Shown here piece after piece: positions 36,780-46,186 of a stretch of DNA of 48,488 bases; position 1 is the stretch's first letter, and the number at the start of each line of letters is the position of its first letter. Source of the stretch: a virus (Duplodnaviria; Heunggongvirae; Uroviricota; Caudoviricetes). The translations under genes were made by a program, and so were the position numbers. The notes under the pieces are model-generated. The model was not told where the DNA came from. It saw nothing but the letters and a program-made list of their open reading frames with translations, and did not search any database. Location: IMG/VR virus record IMGVR_UViG_2597490154_000001; one strand, 5' to 3'.

Positions 36780-37080
36780 TCATCGTGTGGTTGATGGTGT
36801 TGTTATGCAGGGTGTATTCACTGTGTTCTGTAGCGTCGCTCGCTGGCTGTCTGTGGGGGAGCACGAGCATCGTTTCATCGTCCGGCAGAATTGGGTCCTT
36901 CTGGCCAAAAGCGTTGGATGCGGGTCATTCGAACCCCGATGTTCGGCTAGCTAAACGTGAAAAAAGTTAGGTTAAAAGTTGCGGTAAAAGAAATTTACTC
37001 ATCTCATTGAAAAATATCGGGAAAACGTGATTTTTTGCTGTATTTGTGCTGGTAAAAAGAAAGTAGGAAATTTTCTTTTA

Positions 37081-37265
37081 GATCATCAAGATACGCGCAG
37101 ATCTTTAACCAATGTGATGTTGTTCTGATAAAAATCGTTATAAATCATGCAAATACATCCGATCTTTTAACCAAAACACCATCGCAAGATCCTTTTTACT
37201 TATAAAAACTTAATAAAATCAGATAATTATGCTGGTTTGTGTGATTTTTTATGAGTAAAAAGATC
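37081..37265. promoter_or_regulatory. GATC-rich intergenic region with direct repeats GATCTTT(T)AACCAA; candidate late promoter and/or packaging (cos/pac) recognition region
   Basis: Five GATC in 185 bp (37081, 37100, 37161, 37188, 37262); repeats at 37100-37114 and 37161-37177. Confidence 0.35.
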
Positions 37266-37336
37266 GTCATTTTTCTCTTTTAGTATCAATAAGTTAAACA
37301 GTTTTCTTTAACCTGTTGTGTTATGGCGGTTAAAAA

Positions 37337-37927
37337 ATGGCTCTAAAAATCGAATATTTACCAGTCGGTAAGCTGCTCAGATATGCCAAAAATTCACGGA
37401 CTCATTCAGATGAGCAAGTTGAACAGTTGGTGAACAGTATCCGTGAGTTCGGTTTCACTAATCCTGTGCTGATCGATGAAAAGAATGAACTGATTGCGGG
37501 GCATGGGCGGCTTGCAGCAGCCGAAATTCTGGAAATGGATAAAGTTCCGGCGATTCGGTTGAGTAACCTTTCTGAAAAACAGAAGAAGGCGTACAGGATT
37601 GCAGATAACAAGCTGGCCTTAAATGCTGGCTGGGATATGCAGCTTCTGGCCGAAGAAGTCAAAGAGTTAATGGATGATGATTTTGATATTGATCTGCTTG
37701 GGTTTAATGATGCAGAGCTTGACGAAATGTTAAGCGATGAACAGCCGCAGGAAGAAGACGATAATTCTTCCCCTGTTGTTCAAATTAAGTACCTGGCTAT
37801 TGATAAAGAACGTATTCCCGCGACGGATATGGAAATTGCATTGTTGCTGGATGTTTATCGTCAGTACCACGATGCGCATGAAACGCATGAGGGATTTGTT
37901 CAGTATCTTGCTAATGGTTGCAAGTAA
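37337..37927 (+). CDS. ParB-like nuclease domain protein, first gene of the packaging module
   Basis: 196-aa ORF with AGHGR motif; overlaps the small terminase start. Confidence 0.7.
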   Translation: MALKIEYLPVGKLLRYAKNSRTHSDEQVEQLVNSIREFGFTNPVLIDEKNELIAGHGRLAAAEILEMDKVPAIRLSNLSEKQKKAYRIADNKLALNAGWDMQLLAEEVKELMDDDFDIDLLGFNDAELDEMLSDEQPQEEDDNSSPVVQIKYLAIDKERIPATDMEIALLLDVYRQYHDAHETHEGFVQYLANGCK

Positions 37928-38478
37928 TGGCCATCGTCAGTAAGTCAGAGTTTGCCCGCCGGAAAGGTATTTCTCCGGCAATGGTTACGAAGCTCTGTCG
38001 TTCCGGTCGCATTCCAGTGCTGAAAAGCGGCAAGCTGGATTTTGATAAAGCCAGTGCGGCTTATGAAGCGAGCCGACAGGTTGGTCGTGAGGTATCTGCT
38101 GAAAATGGAAAAAGAGGGCATGGGATATCTTCGGAACAACCAGAGTTACCCGCTGATGATGCCGGATTAGCTGGTGGTACTTCCGGTGTTGCGGTGCAAT
38201 TCAACAAGGCTAAGACCGCAGAAAAAATTTATCAGGCAAAGCTGAAACGCCTTGAATTTGAAGAAAAGGAAGGCTCTCTCATCGCTAAAGATACGGTCAG
38301 GGATGATGCATTTCTGGCAGCTAATGAATTGCGTAGCCGCTTATTTAGTATTGCTCCAAGAGCAGCTCCCCGTTGTGAAGGCAAAACAGCCAGGGAGATC
38401 GAACGCATTATTGAAGACGAGATTAATTTTGCGCTTCAGGCGCTCCAGGAATCCCGATTTATTAAGCAGGAAGAATAA
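37918..38478 (+). CDS. terminase small subunit (Nu1-like, N-terminal winged HTH)
   Basis: 186-aa ORF immediately upstream of the large terminase; N-terminus resembles lambda Nu1 as I recall it. Confidence 0.65.
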   Translation: MQVMAIVSKSEFARRKGISPAMVTKLCRSGRIPVLKSGKLDFDKASAAYEASRQVGREVSAENGKRGHGISSEQPELPADDAGLAGGTSGVAVQFNKAKTAEKIYQAKLKRLEFEEKEGSLIAKDTVRDDAFLAANELRSRLFSIAPRAAPRCEGKTAREIERIIEDEINFALQALQESRFIKQEE

Positions 38479-38483
38479 ACCTC

Positions 38484-40340
38484 ATGGGCGAAACAGTATG
38501 GAGCACCGCTTTTTTCCGTGCGCTTCGCCCTAAATCACGGCTAACTGTTTCCGAATGGGCTGATAAGTATCGTCATGTAGCGCAGGGAACGTCTCCAGAG
38601 CCAGGGCCGTGGCGTACAAGCCGAGTGCCATATTTGCGTGAACCAATGGATGTTATTGGTGACGCTGATACAGAAACAGTAGTGATGCAATGTAGCTCGC
38701 AAATTGGTAAATCCGAATTACAGCTAAATGTTATGGGTTACTTTGCAGATCAGGAGCCATCTCCTCAGTTGATGATTTATCCAACGGTAGAGGCGGCTGA
38801 GGCTTTTTCAAAGGAGCGTATTGATCCGACGTTCAAATATTCCCCTGGTTTGAAACACAAGCTGCATGAAGGAAAAGAGGGGCGCGGTGCAGCCAAAAAG
38901 TCCAGCACGACTATACGTATGAAGCATTACGCTGGTGGATATATAGCACTTGTTGGTGCTAATTCCCCAGCAGGTCTTGCATCCAGGCCAATTCGAATAC
39001 TGTTAGCTGATGAGATTGATCGTTACGGTGTGACGCAGGAGGGCGACCCACTAAAACTAGGTATTCAGCGTACTACCAACTTTCATAATCGTAAGAAAGT
39101 TTTTGTTTCTACTCCTGTTTTGGAGGAAACGAGCAAAATCCACAAGTGGTTTAAGCTCTCCGATCAGCGTTACTACCATGTTCCTTGCCCATGTTGTGGC
39201 ACCATGCAGGTGATGAAATGGTCGCAAGTCAGATGGGATAAGAGCGATTCAGGTGAGGCGTTACCGGAAACGGCCAGATATGAGTGCTGTGAGTGCGGCG
39301 GGATTATGCGCGGATCTGGTAAACCAGACGTTGATTGGTTGGCAAAGGGGGTATGGATAGCTGAACATACTGGAGTTAAAGGTATTGTTGGTTTTCATAT
39401 TAACAGTCTTTACTCCCCGTGGGTTGCATTGTCAGAGCTGGTTGAAGAATTTACGGAAGCAACCAGAAACCGCGATAAAAATGGATTAATGGAGTTTATT
39501 AACCTTAAGCTGGGTGAGCCATGGAAAGAGGATGCTAAAGACGATATCGATCCTGAATACTTGTTGCAACGCAGAATAAGGTTTGAAGAGTTTTTACCAG
39601 ATGATGTTTTATTGTTAAGTGCTGGTGTTGACGTACAGGACACGTATTTAGTTTGTGAATTGGTCGGTTGGGGAAAAGGTAAGGAGTCATGGGGGATAGA
39701 ATATAAAATATTCCCAGGTGATCCCGCACAAGATGTTGTCTGGAAACAACTTGATGAATACTTACTCCGTAGCTGGTCATTCCGTGACGGTCGAAAATTA
39801 CAGATTTCTTCTGTTTGTATTGACTCTGGTGGGCATTTTACGACAGAGGTATATCGCTTCACTAAGCTGAGAGAATCAAGGCGAATATACTCTATCAGGG
39901 GGCGTGGTGGGGTAGGTTTACCATTTATAGGAAAGCCAAGTAATAATAACCGTGTGGGTGCTATGTTGTTTAATTTGGGGGTTGATGATGGTAAAGGGAC
40001 CATCATGGCAAGAATTAAACTACATGATCCTGGTCCTGGTTATATGCATTTCCCATTAGATTCTGACAGAGGATATGATACCGAATACTTTAAAGGATTA
40101 TTATCAGAGAAAAAAATATTTGAATATAAAAATGGGCAGACAAAAGAAAAGTGGGTGAAAGTCTACGAGCGTAACGAGCCTCTTGATTGCCGTAACTATG
40201 CAACTGCCGCGATGGAAATTCTGAACCCTAATTTTAACTGGCTTGCCGAACAGGAAATGCGAGGTAATGTGTATGTGCAGAACTCGTCAGGTATACGTAG
40301 AAGACGCCGTAGAGTTATAAGTAAAGGCGTAAACATATAG
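38484..40340 (+). CDS. terminase large subunit (lambda gpA-like)
   Basis: 618-aa ORF; size and position typical of gpA-family terminases. Confidence 0.85.
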   Translation: MGETVWSTAFFRALRPKSRLTVSEWADKYRHVAQGTSPEPGPWRTSRVPYLREPMDVIGDADTETVVMQCSSQIGKSELQLNVMGYFADQEPSPQLMIYPTVEAAEAFSKERIDPTFKYSPGLKHKLHEGKEGRGAAKKSSTTIRMKHYAGGYIALVGANSPAGLASRPIRILLADEIDRYGVTQEGDPLKLGIQRTTNFHNRKKVFVSTPVLEETSKIHKWFKLSDQRYYHVPCPCCGTMQVMKWSQVRWDKSDSGEALPETARYECCECGGIMRGSGKPDVDWLAKGVWIAEHTGVKGIVGFHINSLYSPWVALSELVEEFTEATRNRDKNGLMEFINLKLGEPWKEDAKDDIDPEYLLQRRIRFEEFLPDDVLLLSAGVDVQDTYLVCELVGWGKGKESWGIEYKIFPGDPAQDVVWKQLDEYLLRSWSFRDGRKLQISSVCIDSGGHFTTEVYRFTKLRESRRIYSIRGRGGVGLPFIGKPSNNNRVGAMLFNLGVDDGKGTIMARIKLHDPGPGYMHFPLDSDRGYDTEYFKGLLSEKKIFEYKNGQTKEKWVKVYERNEPLDCRNYATAAMEILNPNFNWLAEQEMRGNVYVQNSSGIRRRRRRVISKGVNI

Positions 40341-40351
40341 AGGAAATATAA

Positions 40352-40591
40352 ATGAACAATGAAGCATTTTCTCTGACTGAAGCCAGAGAGATGTTATCTG
40401 TCTGGCGGGAAGCATATCGCGCTATTGCTATTGGCGGTCAGTCATATAAATTTGGTACGCGGCAGTTAACTCGTGCGGATTTATCAGAAGTCAGAAAAGA
40501 GATGGATTACTGGCGTAATGAAGTAGAAAGATTATCAGCAGGTATACGCCGAGGCCCACGAATTAAACGAGTGGTGATAAGAGATTTATGA
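40352..40591 (+). CDS. head-tail joining protein W-like
   Basis: 79-aa ORF between terminase and portal; C-terminal RRGP like lambda gpW. Confidence 0.6.
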   Translation: MNNEAFSLTEAREMLSVWREAYRAIAIGGQSYKFGTRQLTRADLSEVRKEMDYWRNEVERLSAGIRRGPRIKRVVIRDL

Positions 40592-42162
40592 ATATTCTTG
40601 ATCGAGTTATTGCGCCGTTTTCACCTCAGAGGGCATTAAATCGAGCTTTGGCAAGAAAACGGTTAGAAGCACTTGAAGGTATTAATAACCTTGGATATTC
40701 ACGTCATGGTGCAAGCACTCATAAAAAATCATTAAGGGGTTGGTTTAGTAAAGCTGGTTCTCCTGATGATGATATTGTTAAAAATATAGATAAATTGCGT
40801 GAGCGTTCTCGTGATCTCTTCATGGGAAACCCGCTATCGGTTGGCGCAATAAAAACTATCAGGACAAACGTTGTTGGTTCCGGTTTAAAACTAAATGCGA
40901 ACATTGATGCCGATTTCTTGGGGATGACGCAGGAAGAAGCGCGAGCATGGGAAAAACATGTTGAGCGTGAGTTTAGATTATGGGCTGATTCTCCAAATTG
41001 TGATGCATCAAGAATGTGTACTTTTGGACAATTGCAATCATTGGTTCAAATATCTGCGTTAACATCTGGCGATATATTTGCTGCGCTACCAGTTATTAAG
41101 CGTAAGGGTGTTATATATGATTTGTGCGTCTATTTAATTGAAGGTGATCGTGTTTGCAATCCAGAGGATCGTTTTATACCAAATCTTTACGGTGGCGTAG
41201 AGGTTGGTGAATTTAGCGAGCCTGTGGCGTACTGGGTTGCAAAACATCACCCAGCCGGGACTTCTGGTTTTGTAACCCGCAAGTGGGAACGTATTCCCGC
41301 ATATGGGAGTAAAACAGGAAGAAGAAATATTCTGCATGTCATGCAGGATTTTGAAAGGCCTGGGCAACGCCGTGGCGTTCCTGTCCTTGCTCCTGTAATT
41401 GAAGCATTGAAGCAGTTAGGACGATACACCGATGCTGAATTGGTTGCTGCGGTTGTGTCAGGGATGTTTACTGTCTTTATTAAAACAGACGCTCCTGATG
41501 GGCCAGTCGGTGAATCGGGTATCCCTCAGTACGAGCAGATCGATAACCATGATGATAACACCCAAGAAATGGGGAATGGCTCCATAGTAAGTTTGGGTGA
41601 AGGTGAGTCGATAGATACAGCAAATCCCGGGCGACCAAATACGGCATTTGATGGTTTTGTTGTCGCCATATGCCGTCAAATTGGGGCTGCTTTAGAACTC
41701 CCTTACGAACTCTTGGTAAAGCATTTTACAGCAAGTTATAGCGCAAGCAGGGCCGCATTACTTGAAGCCTGGAAAATGTTCCGTATGCGACGTGACTGGA
41801 TGGTTCAGTCATTTTGCCAACCGATCTATGAGGAATGGTTGGCCGAAGCCGTTGCTAAAGGTCGTGTTATTGCCCCTGGTTTTTTTTATGGGCCTGAATA
41901 TCGCGCTGCATGGAGTGGCGCTCAATGGTATGGCCCATCACAAGGCCAATTAGATCCCCTTAAAGAAGTCAAAGCTGCAAAACTGCGTGTTGAGGAAACA
42001 TTCTCTACCCGTGAAAAGGAAGCGGCTGAAATGTCAGGTCTTAACTGGGAAGAAACCGCACAAATCTGTGGCAGAGAAGAGAATGCTCGCCGTGAGTTGG
42101 GGCTTATTACACCTCCTGTTTCTGAGGTAAATGAACAAAATATGGAGACTGATGATGCCTAA
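40588..42162 (+). CDS. portal protein (lambda gpB-like)
   Basis: 524-aa ORF after W-like gene. Confidence 0.8.
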   Translation: MNILDRVIAPFSPQRALNRALARKRLEALEGINNLGYSRHGASTHKKSLRGWFSKAGSPDDDIVKNIDKLRERSRDLFMGNPLSVGAIKTIRTNVVGSGLKLNANIDADFLGMTQEEARAWEKHVEREFRLWADSPNCDASRMCTFGQLQSLVQISALTSGDIFAALPVIKRKGVIYDLCVYLIEGDRVCNPEDRFIPNLYGGVEVGEFSEPVAYWVAKHHPAGTSGFVTRKWERIPAYGSKTGRRNILHVMQDFERPGQRRGVPVLAPVIEALKQLGRYTDAELVAAVVSGMFTVFIKTDAPDGPVGESGIPQYEQIDNHDDNTQEMGNGSIVSLGEGESIDTANPGRPNTAFDGFVVAICRQIGAALELPYELLVKHFTASYSASRAALLEAWKMFRMRRDWMVQSFCQPIYEEWLAEAVAKGRVIAPGFFYGPEYRAAWSGAQWYGPSQGQLDPLKEVKAAKLRVEETFSTREKEAAEMSGLNWEETAQICGREENARRELGLITPPVSEVNEQNMETDDA

Positions 42163-43219
42163 TTGGTGGGAAATAAAAAATAGCACGGGTGAAGATGACT
42201 CTCCGGCTGAACTTTTAATTTACGGGTATATTGGTGAATTTGATGAGGTTTCTTCTTCTGACATAGTTAATAAATTAAAGGATATTTCATCAAATACTAT
42301 CAGCGTAAAAATTAATAGTTATGGTGGTTCTGTTTTTACTGCTCAAGCTATTCTTTCATCATTAAAGCGTCATAAGGCTAATATTACTGTTTATATTGAT
42401 GGTATTGCTGCATCGGCTGCAACCATTATTGCAATGGCAGGTGATAAAGTTGTTATCCCATCTAATGCTATGATGATGATCCATAATCCGTGGACATTTG
42501 CTGCTGGTGATGCGGATGAACTACGTGATATTGCTGAGATGATGGATAAGGTACGAGATAGTATTTTATCTGCATATAAGGAGAAAACAGGGCTTTCTGA
42601 GGATAAATTAATTGAACTAATGGATCAGGAAACATGGCTAAATGCAGAAGAGGCTGTAGAGCTTGGATTTGCTGACGAAGTTGAAAAACCAATGCGCTTA
42701 TCCGCTTCTATAAAGGAAGGGATGCTTTCGCTCAATGGAATAACTTTTGAAGCATCAAGGTTTTCAAAATTACCTGATTCGCTCGCAAAGTTGCCACAAA
42801 ATAAAAATGAATTATCTACTGAATTAAATGAACAAAATGAGGACGATGTTGTGACTCTTGATGAATTAAAAAATAAACATCCAGAATTATACAATCAGGT
42901 TTTTAATGCTGGTAAAGACGAGGGGGTTAAATCAGAACGCGAGCGCATTGAAACAATCGAGAATAGCGTAATTCCAGGTCATGACGACCTGGTTAAGAAT
43001 GCAAAATTCAAAACGGGAATTTCTGCGGCTGAACTTGCTTTGGAAATTATGAATGCAGAGCGAGCGCGTAACAAAAACTTTCTTAATCAACGGCAAGAAG
43101 ACGCAAATGAGGTGAATAATTCAGTTGATGTTAATCAACCAGAAAACAACGGCGATAAACAAGCTGAAGTAGTAAAAAATGTTATTGGGTCAGTATTTAA
43201 AAATCGCGATAAAAATTAA
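42131..43219 (+). CDS. prohead protease / scaffold (S49 ClpP-like, lambda gpC-like)
   Basis: 362-aa ORF after portal; N-terminal peptidase-like region, acidic coiled-coil C-terminus. Confidence 0.7.
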   Translation: MNKIWRLMMPNWWEIKNSTGEDDSPAELLIYGYIGEFDEVSSSDIVNKLKDISSNTISVKINSYGGSVFTAQAILSSLKRHKANITVYIDGIAASAATIIAMAGDKVVIPSNAMMMIHNPWTFAAGDADELRDIAEMMDKVRDSILSAYKEKTGLSEDKLIELMDQETWLNAEEAVELGFADEVEKPMRLSASIKEGMLSLNGITFEASRFSKLPDSLAKLPQNKNELSTELNEQNEDDVVTLDELKNKHPELYNQVFNAGKDEGVKSERERIETIENSVIPGHDDLVKNAKFKTGISAAELALEIMNAERARNKNFLNQRQEDANEVNNSVDVNQPENNGDKQAEVVKNVIGSVFKNRDKN

Positions 43220-43228
43220 GGTGAGTTT

Positions 43229-43612
43229 ATGCGAGAGTCTTTTTCATTTGAACCAGATAATCTGATTATTTCTGGTGGTATGCCAGCAATTACAACAAGT
43301 ATTAAACTTGCCAGCGGTAAAGTAAATCGAGGTGAGTTGCTTGCTTTTGTCAGTATTGATCAGACAACAAATGTTGTCACTGTGGCACCAATAAATCTCT
43401 CTGGTGAGGGGGTGGCAAAAGAACCGTATTGTATCGCTCAACATAGTATTGATGCGACTGATTCAGCGCAAGTTGGAACAGCATGGCTGACCGGAATGTT
43501 CAATGCACACGCAGTTATCCTTCCTGAATCAGCAAAGATTGCCGATGTATATCTGGCTTGTCGGAAGGTTGGGATATTCCTTAATACCGCACAACAAAAT
43601 CCATCTGCATAA
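43229..43612 (+). CDS. head decoration protein (gpD-like)
   Basis: 127-aa ORF between protease and major capsid gene. Confidence 0.5.
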   Translation: MRESFSFEPDNLIISGGMPAITTSIKLASGKVNRGELLAFVSIDQTTNVVTVAPINLSGEGVAKEPYCIAQHSIDATDSAQVGTAWLTGMFNAHAVILPESAKIADVYLACRKVGIFLNTAQQNPSA

Positions 43613-43632
43613 TATAAAGAGGTCGTATTTTT

Positions 43633-44676
43633 ATGCCGAATATTGATATTTTTGAACGACGTACAATGCTTGAGCCTGTTATTCAGAATTTCAAGGCTCG
43701 TCGTTTTCTTCTTCGTACCTTTTTTCCTGGTGTTCAGACCTTTAATACAAAGAAAGTTGATCTGGATTTTGTTCGCGGTGGCCGTACTATGGCTCCGTTT
43801 GTTGGTAAAGGTTTTGGCTCAAAAACCGTTGAGCGACGCGGCTTTGTAACGAGAACTCTGGAGCCACCACTTGTTGCACCTGATTTGGTAACAACAGCCG
43901 AGCTGCTTTTAAACAGGCTTCCGGGTGAGAATATTTACAACGCAAAATCGCCAGCAGAACGAGCCGCCGAGCAATTAGGTAAAGATTTGCTTGAGCTTGA
44001 TGAAATGGTTAACCGCCGTGAAGAATGGATGTGTGCACAAGTCTTGTTTACGGGGCAGGTTGATATTGTTGGTGAAGGAGTGGATGACACAGTTTATTTT
44101 TGGCCTGAAGAGGAAGGAGATAAACCATATCTTGAACTGACAGGTGATGATTTATGGAGTGCAGCAAACTCAGATCCGTTAGTAAATGTTCGCAACTGGA
44201 AACGTCGGGTATCACTAACTTCAGGTTTTACACCTCGTGTTGCCGTAATGGGCGCAAAAGTTGTTGATGCTTTCGTTAAAAATGAAGCAGTAACTAAATA
44301 TCTTGATAATCGCCGAAAAGAGCTTGGGTATATTGAGCCTAAGGAGTTAGAAGAAGGCGTAACTCATTATGGCAATCTTGAAGGTGTCGATTTTTATGGT
44401 TACGACGAACTTATTCGCAATGATAAAACAGGAAAACCAGAACCATTAGTACCGGAAGATAAGATCCTCTTTGGCTCTCCTGGTCGAGGAACGATGCTGT
44501 ATGGTGCTGTAGAGCTTGTAGATGACGCCGAAAAGACTCTAACGATTGTTGAGTCACCACGAGTTCCAGACACCTGGGTAACTCGTAAGCCGGCTGGCCG
44601 TTATGTTGCCATGAAGTCATCTCCACTGCCTAATCCTGGTGTGGCTGATGCCTATCTGGTGGCTAAGGTGGTTTAA
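43633..44676 (+). CDS. major capsid protein (lambda gpE-like)
   Basis: 347-aa ORF; C-terminal region aligns by eye with lambda gpE as I recall it. Confidence 0.8.
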   Translation: MPNIDIFERRTMLEPVIQNFKARRFLLRTFFPGVQTFNTKKVDLDFVRGGRTMAPFVGKGFGSKTVERRGFVTRTLEPPLVAPDLVTTAELLLNRLPGENIYNAKSPAERAAEQLGKDLLELDEMVNRREEWMCAQVLFTGQVDIVGEGVDDTVYFWPEEEGDKPYLELTGDDLWSAANSDPLVNVRNWKRRVSLTSGFTPRVAVMGAKVVDAFVKNEAVTKYLDNRRKELGYIEPKELEEGVTHYGNLEGVDFYGYDELIRNDKTGKPEPLVPEDKILFGSPGRGTMLYGAVELVDDAEKTLTIVESPRVPDTWVTRKPAGRYVAMKSSPLPNPGVADAYLVAKVV

Positions 44677-45069
44677 ATGGCCAGACTGATTAAAAACATT
44701 GATACGATAAGCCACGGCTCGCTAAAAGCGGGCCGTTTGCTTAATGGGCTAATGGATAACTCCAGAATTGCCGAACTGATTGCGTCAGGACATGCTATTG
44801 CCACCGAAGAGGATGGTGATTTGGCATCGGCTGGGGGCTATGATGCTGCTAAGTTAGCTTTTGAGCATGGATACGCATCTGCTGTTAATGATGCTGTGGA
44901 CGCGGGGTTGATTACGCGAACGGAGGCGGGTAGCTGTGTATTCGAGGTTGAGTTTGAGGATGATGGCGGCAATGAGGAAACGGTTGCTGATGATTCATCT
45001 GAATCTGTAGCTACTTCTGATACCAGTAATGCGAAAAAATCAACGCAAAAAAAAGGTAATAAGAAGTAA
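44677..45069 (+). CDS. head-module protein, possibly FI-like packaging/head completion
   Basis: 130-aa ORF directly after capsid gene; acidic C-terminus. Confidence 0.35.
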   Translation: MARLIKNIDTISHGSLKAGRLLNGLMDNSRIAELIASGHAIATEEDGDLASAGGYDAAKLAFEHGYASAVNDAVDAGLITRTEAGSCVFEVEFEDDGGNEETVADDSSESVATSDTSNAKKSTQKKGNKK

Positions 45070-45413
45070 TGAACTCCTTCAAAGAGGTTATAGCGCAAGA
45101 TATTTCTGCAATATTCCTCAATGAAAAAGAGTTTGCCGATACATATAACATAGACGGCAAGGATATCCTTGCCGTTATTGATACAGACCTTATTCATGAG
45201 CGGAATAAACGCTCATATGCTGAGTTTGCAGAGGGAATAAATCAGGGGCAAATAATATTATTTGTTTCAAGAAAAGATTTTCCTGTTCTCCCTGTCAAAG
45301 ACCAGTCAATGAAAATCAACGGTAAAAATTATATTGTTAATGAAGTATCAGATAATGTTGGTGTATTGGAAATAACTCTCACTGTTAATACTAACAGAGG
45401 AATGCCGATTTGA
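45069..45413 (+). CDS. head-tail connector/completion protein candidate
   Basis: 114-aa ORF coupled to neighbours. Confidence 0.35.
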   Translation: MNSFKEVIAQDISAIFLNEKEFADTYNIDGKDILAVIDTDLIHERNKRSYAEFAEGINQGQIILFVSRKDFPVLPVKDQSMKINGKNYIVNEVSDNVGVLEITLTVNTNRGMPI

Positions 45414-45895
45414 TTAATCTTTTGATAGATGCAATAAAAAATCGGTTGGAACATGAGGTTTCCCATGATTTATTAGTGCAGGGACCTCCTTATGATGAAA
45501 CAGACAGCGATATTAAATTGTTTGTTCCAACAATATTTAAAGGGTACTTGCCTCCTAAATCACAACCATCTCCAGATAAACCGCCAGAATTTCCTCATGT
45601 GATTATCAGGCCCACGGAAGGAGGAATGCAGCCTGAAACGGATGAAGTTAAGGTTAAGTTTCTTCTAGGTGGTTTTTGTGAGGACCATACTGGATATGAA
45701 TGGGTAATGGCTCTTCTTGAAAGGATGATGTTTCATTTTCAGGAGAAGCCTTTACTTGAAGAGAAATTTCTCTTTCAGGGCGATATCAGATGGCGAATGT
45801 TTGATGATCAACCGTATCCATATTGGATAACGGAAGCAACTGGAACGTGGCTAGTATTAAAGCCTCAGAATATTCAGTCTCAGGAGTTTATCTAA
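45410..45895 (+). CDS. neck/tail completion protein candidate
   Basis: 161-aa ORF between head and sheath genes. Confidence 0.35.
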   Translation: MINLLIDAIKNRLEHEVSHDLLVQGPPYDETDSDIKLFVPTIFKGYLPPKSQPSPDKPPEFPHVIIRPTEGGMQPETDEVKVKFLLGGFCEDHTGYEWVMALLERMMFHFQEKPLLEEKFLFQGDIRWRMFDDQPYPYWITEATGTWLVLKPQNIQSQEFI

Positions 45896-46186
45896 ATGGC
45901 TAATAAGAAAAGTAGTAAAGAAGATATAGAAAAGAAGGAAGATGTTGCTCAAACATTTGTATATATAGGACCAACAATCCCTCAACTCTCAATTTTGAAG
46001 CATAAACTATTTAAGAATGGCTTATCTCCAGAGTGTAAAAAATTAATATCACATATTCCTGGTGCAAAGTGTTTGTTTGTGGCAACCAGTGATTTTGCAG
46101 ATGCAGAGAAAAGACTTTCTGATAAAACCAGTGTCGAGTATGTAATGTACTCTAGAGTTTCTTCTTCTATCATGGAGATTAAATAA
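45896..46186 (+). CDS. hypothetical virion-module protein
   Basis: 96-aa ORF immediately upstream of the sheath gene. Confidence 0.3.
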   Translation: MANKKSSKEDIEKKEDVAQTFVYIGPTIPQLSILKHKLFKNGLSPECKKLISHIPGAKCLFVATSDFADAEKRLSDKTSVEYVMYSRVSSSIMEIK

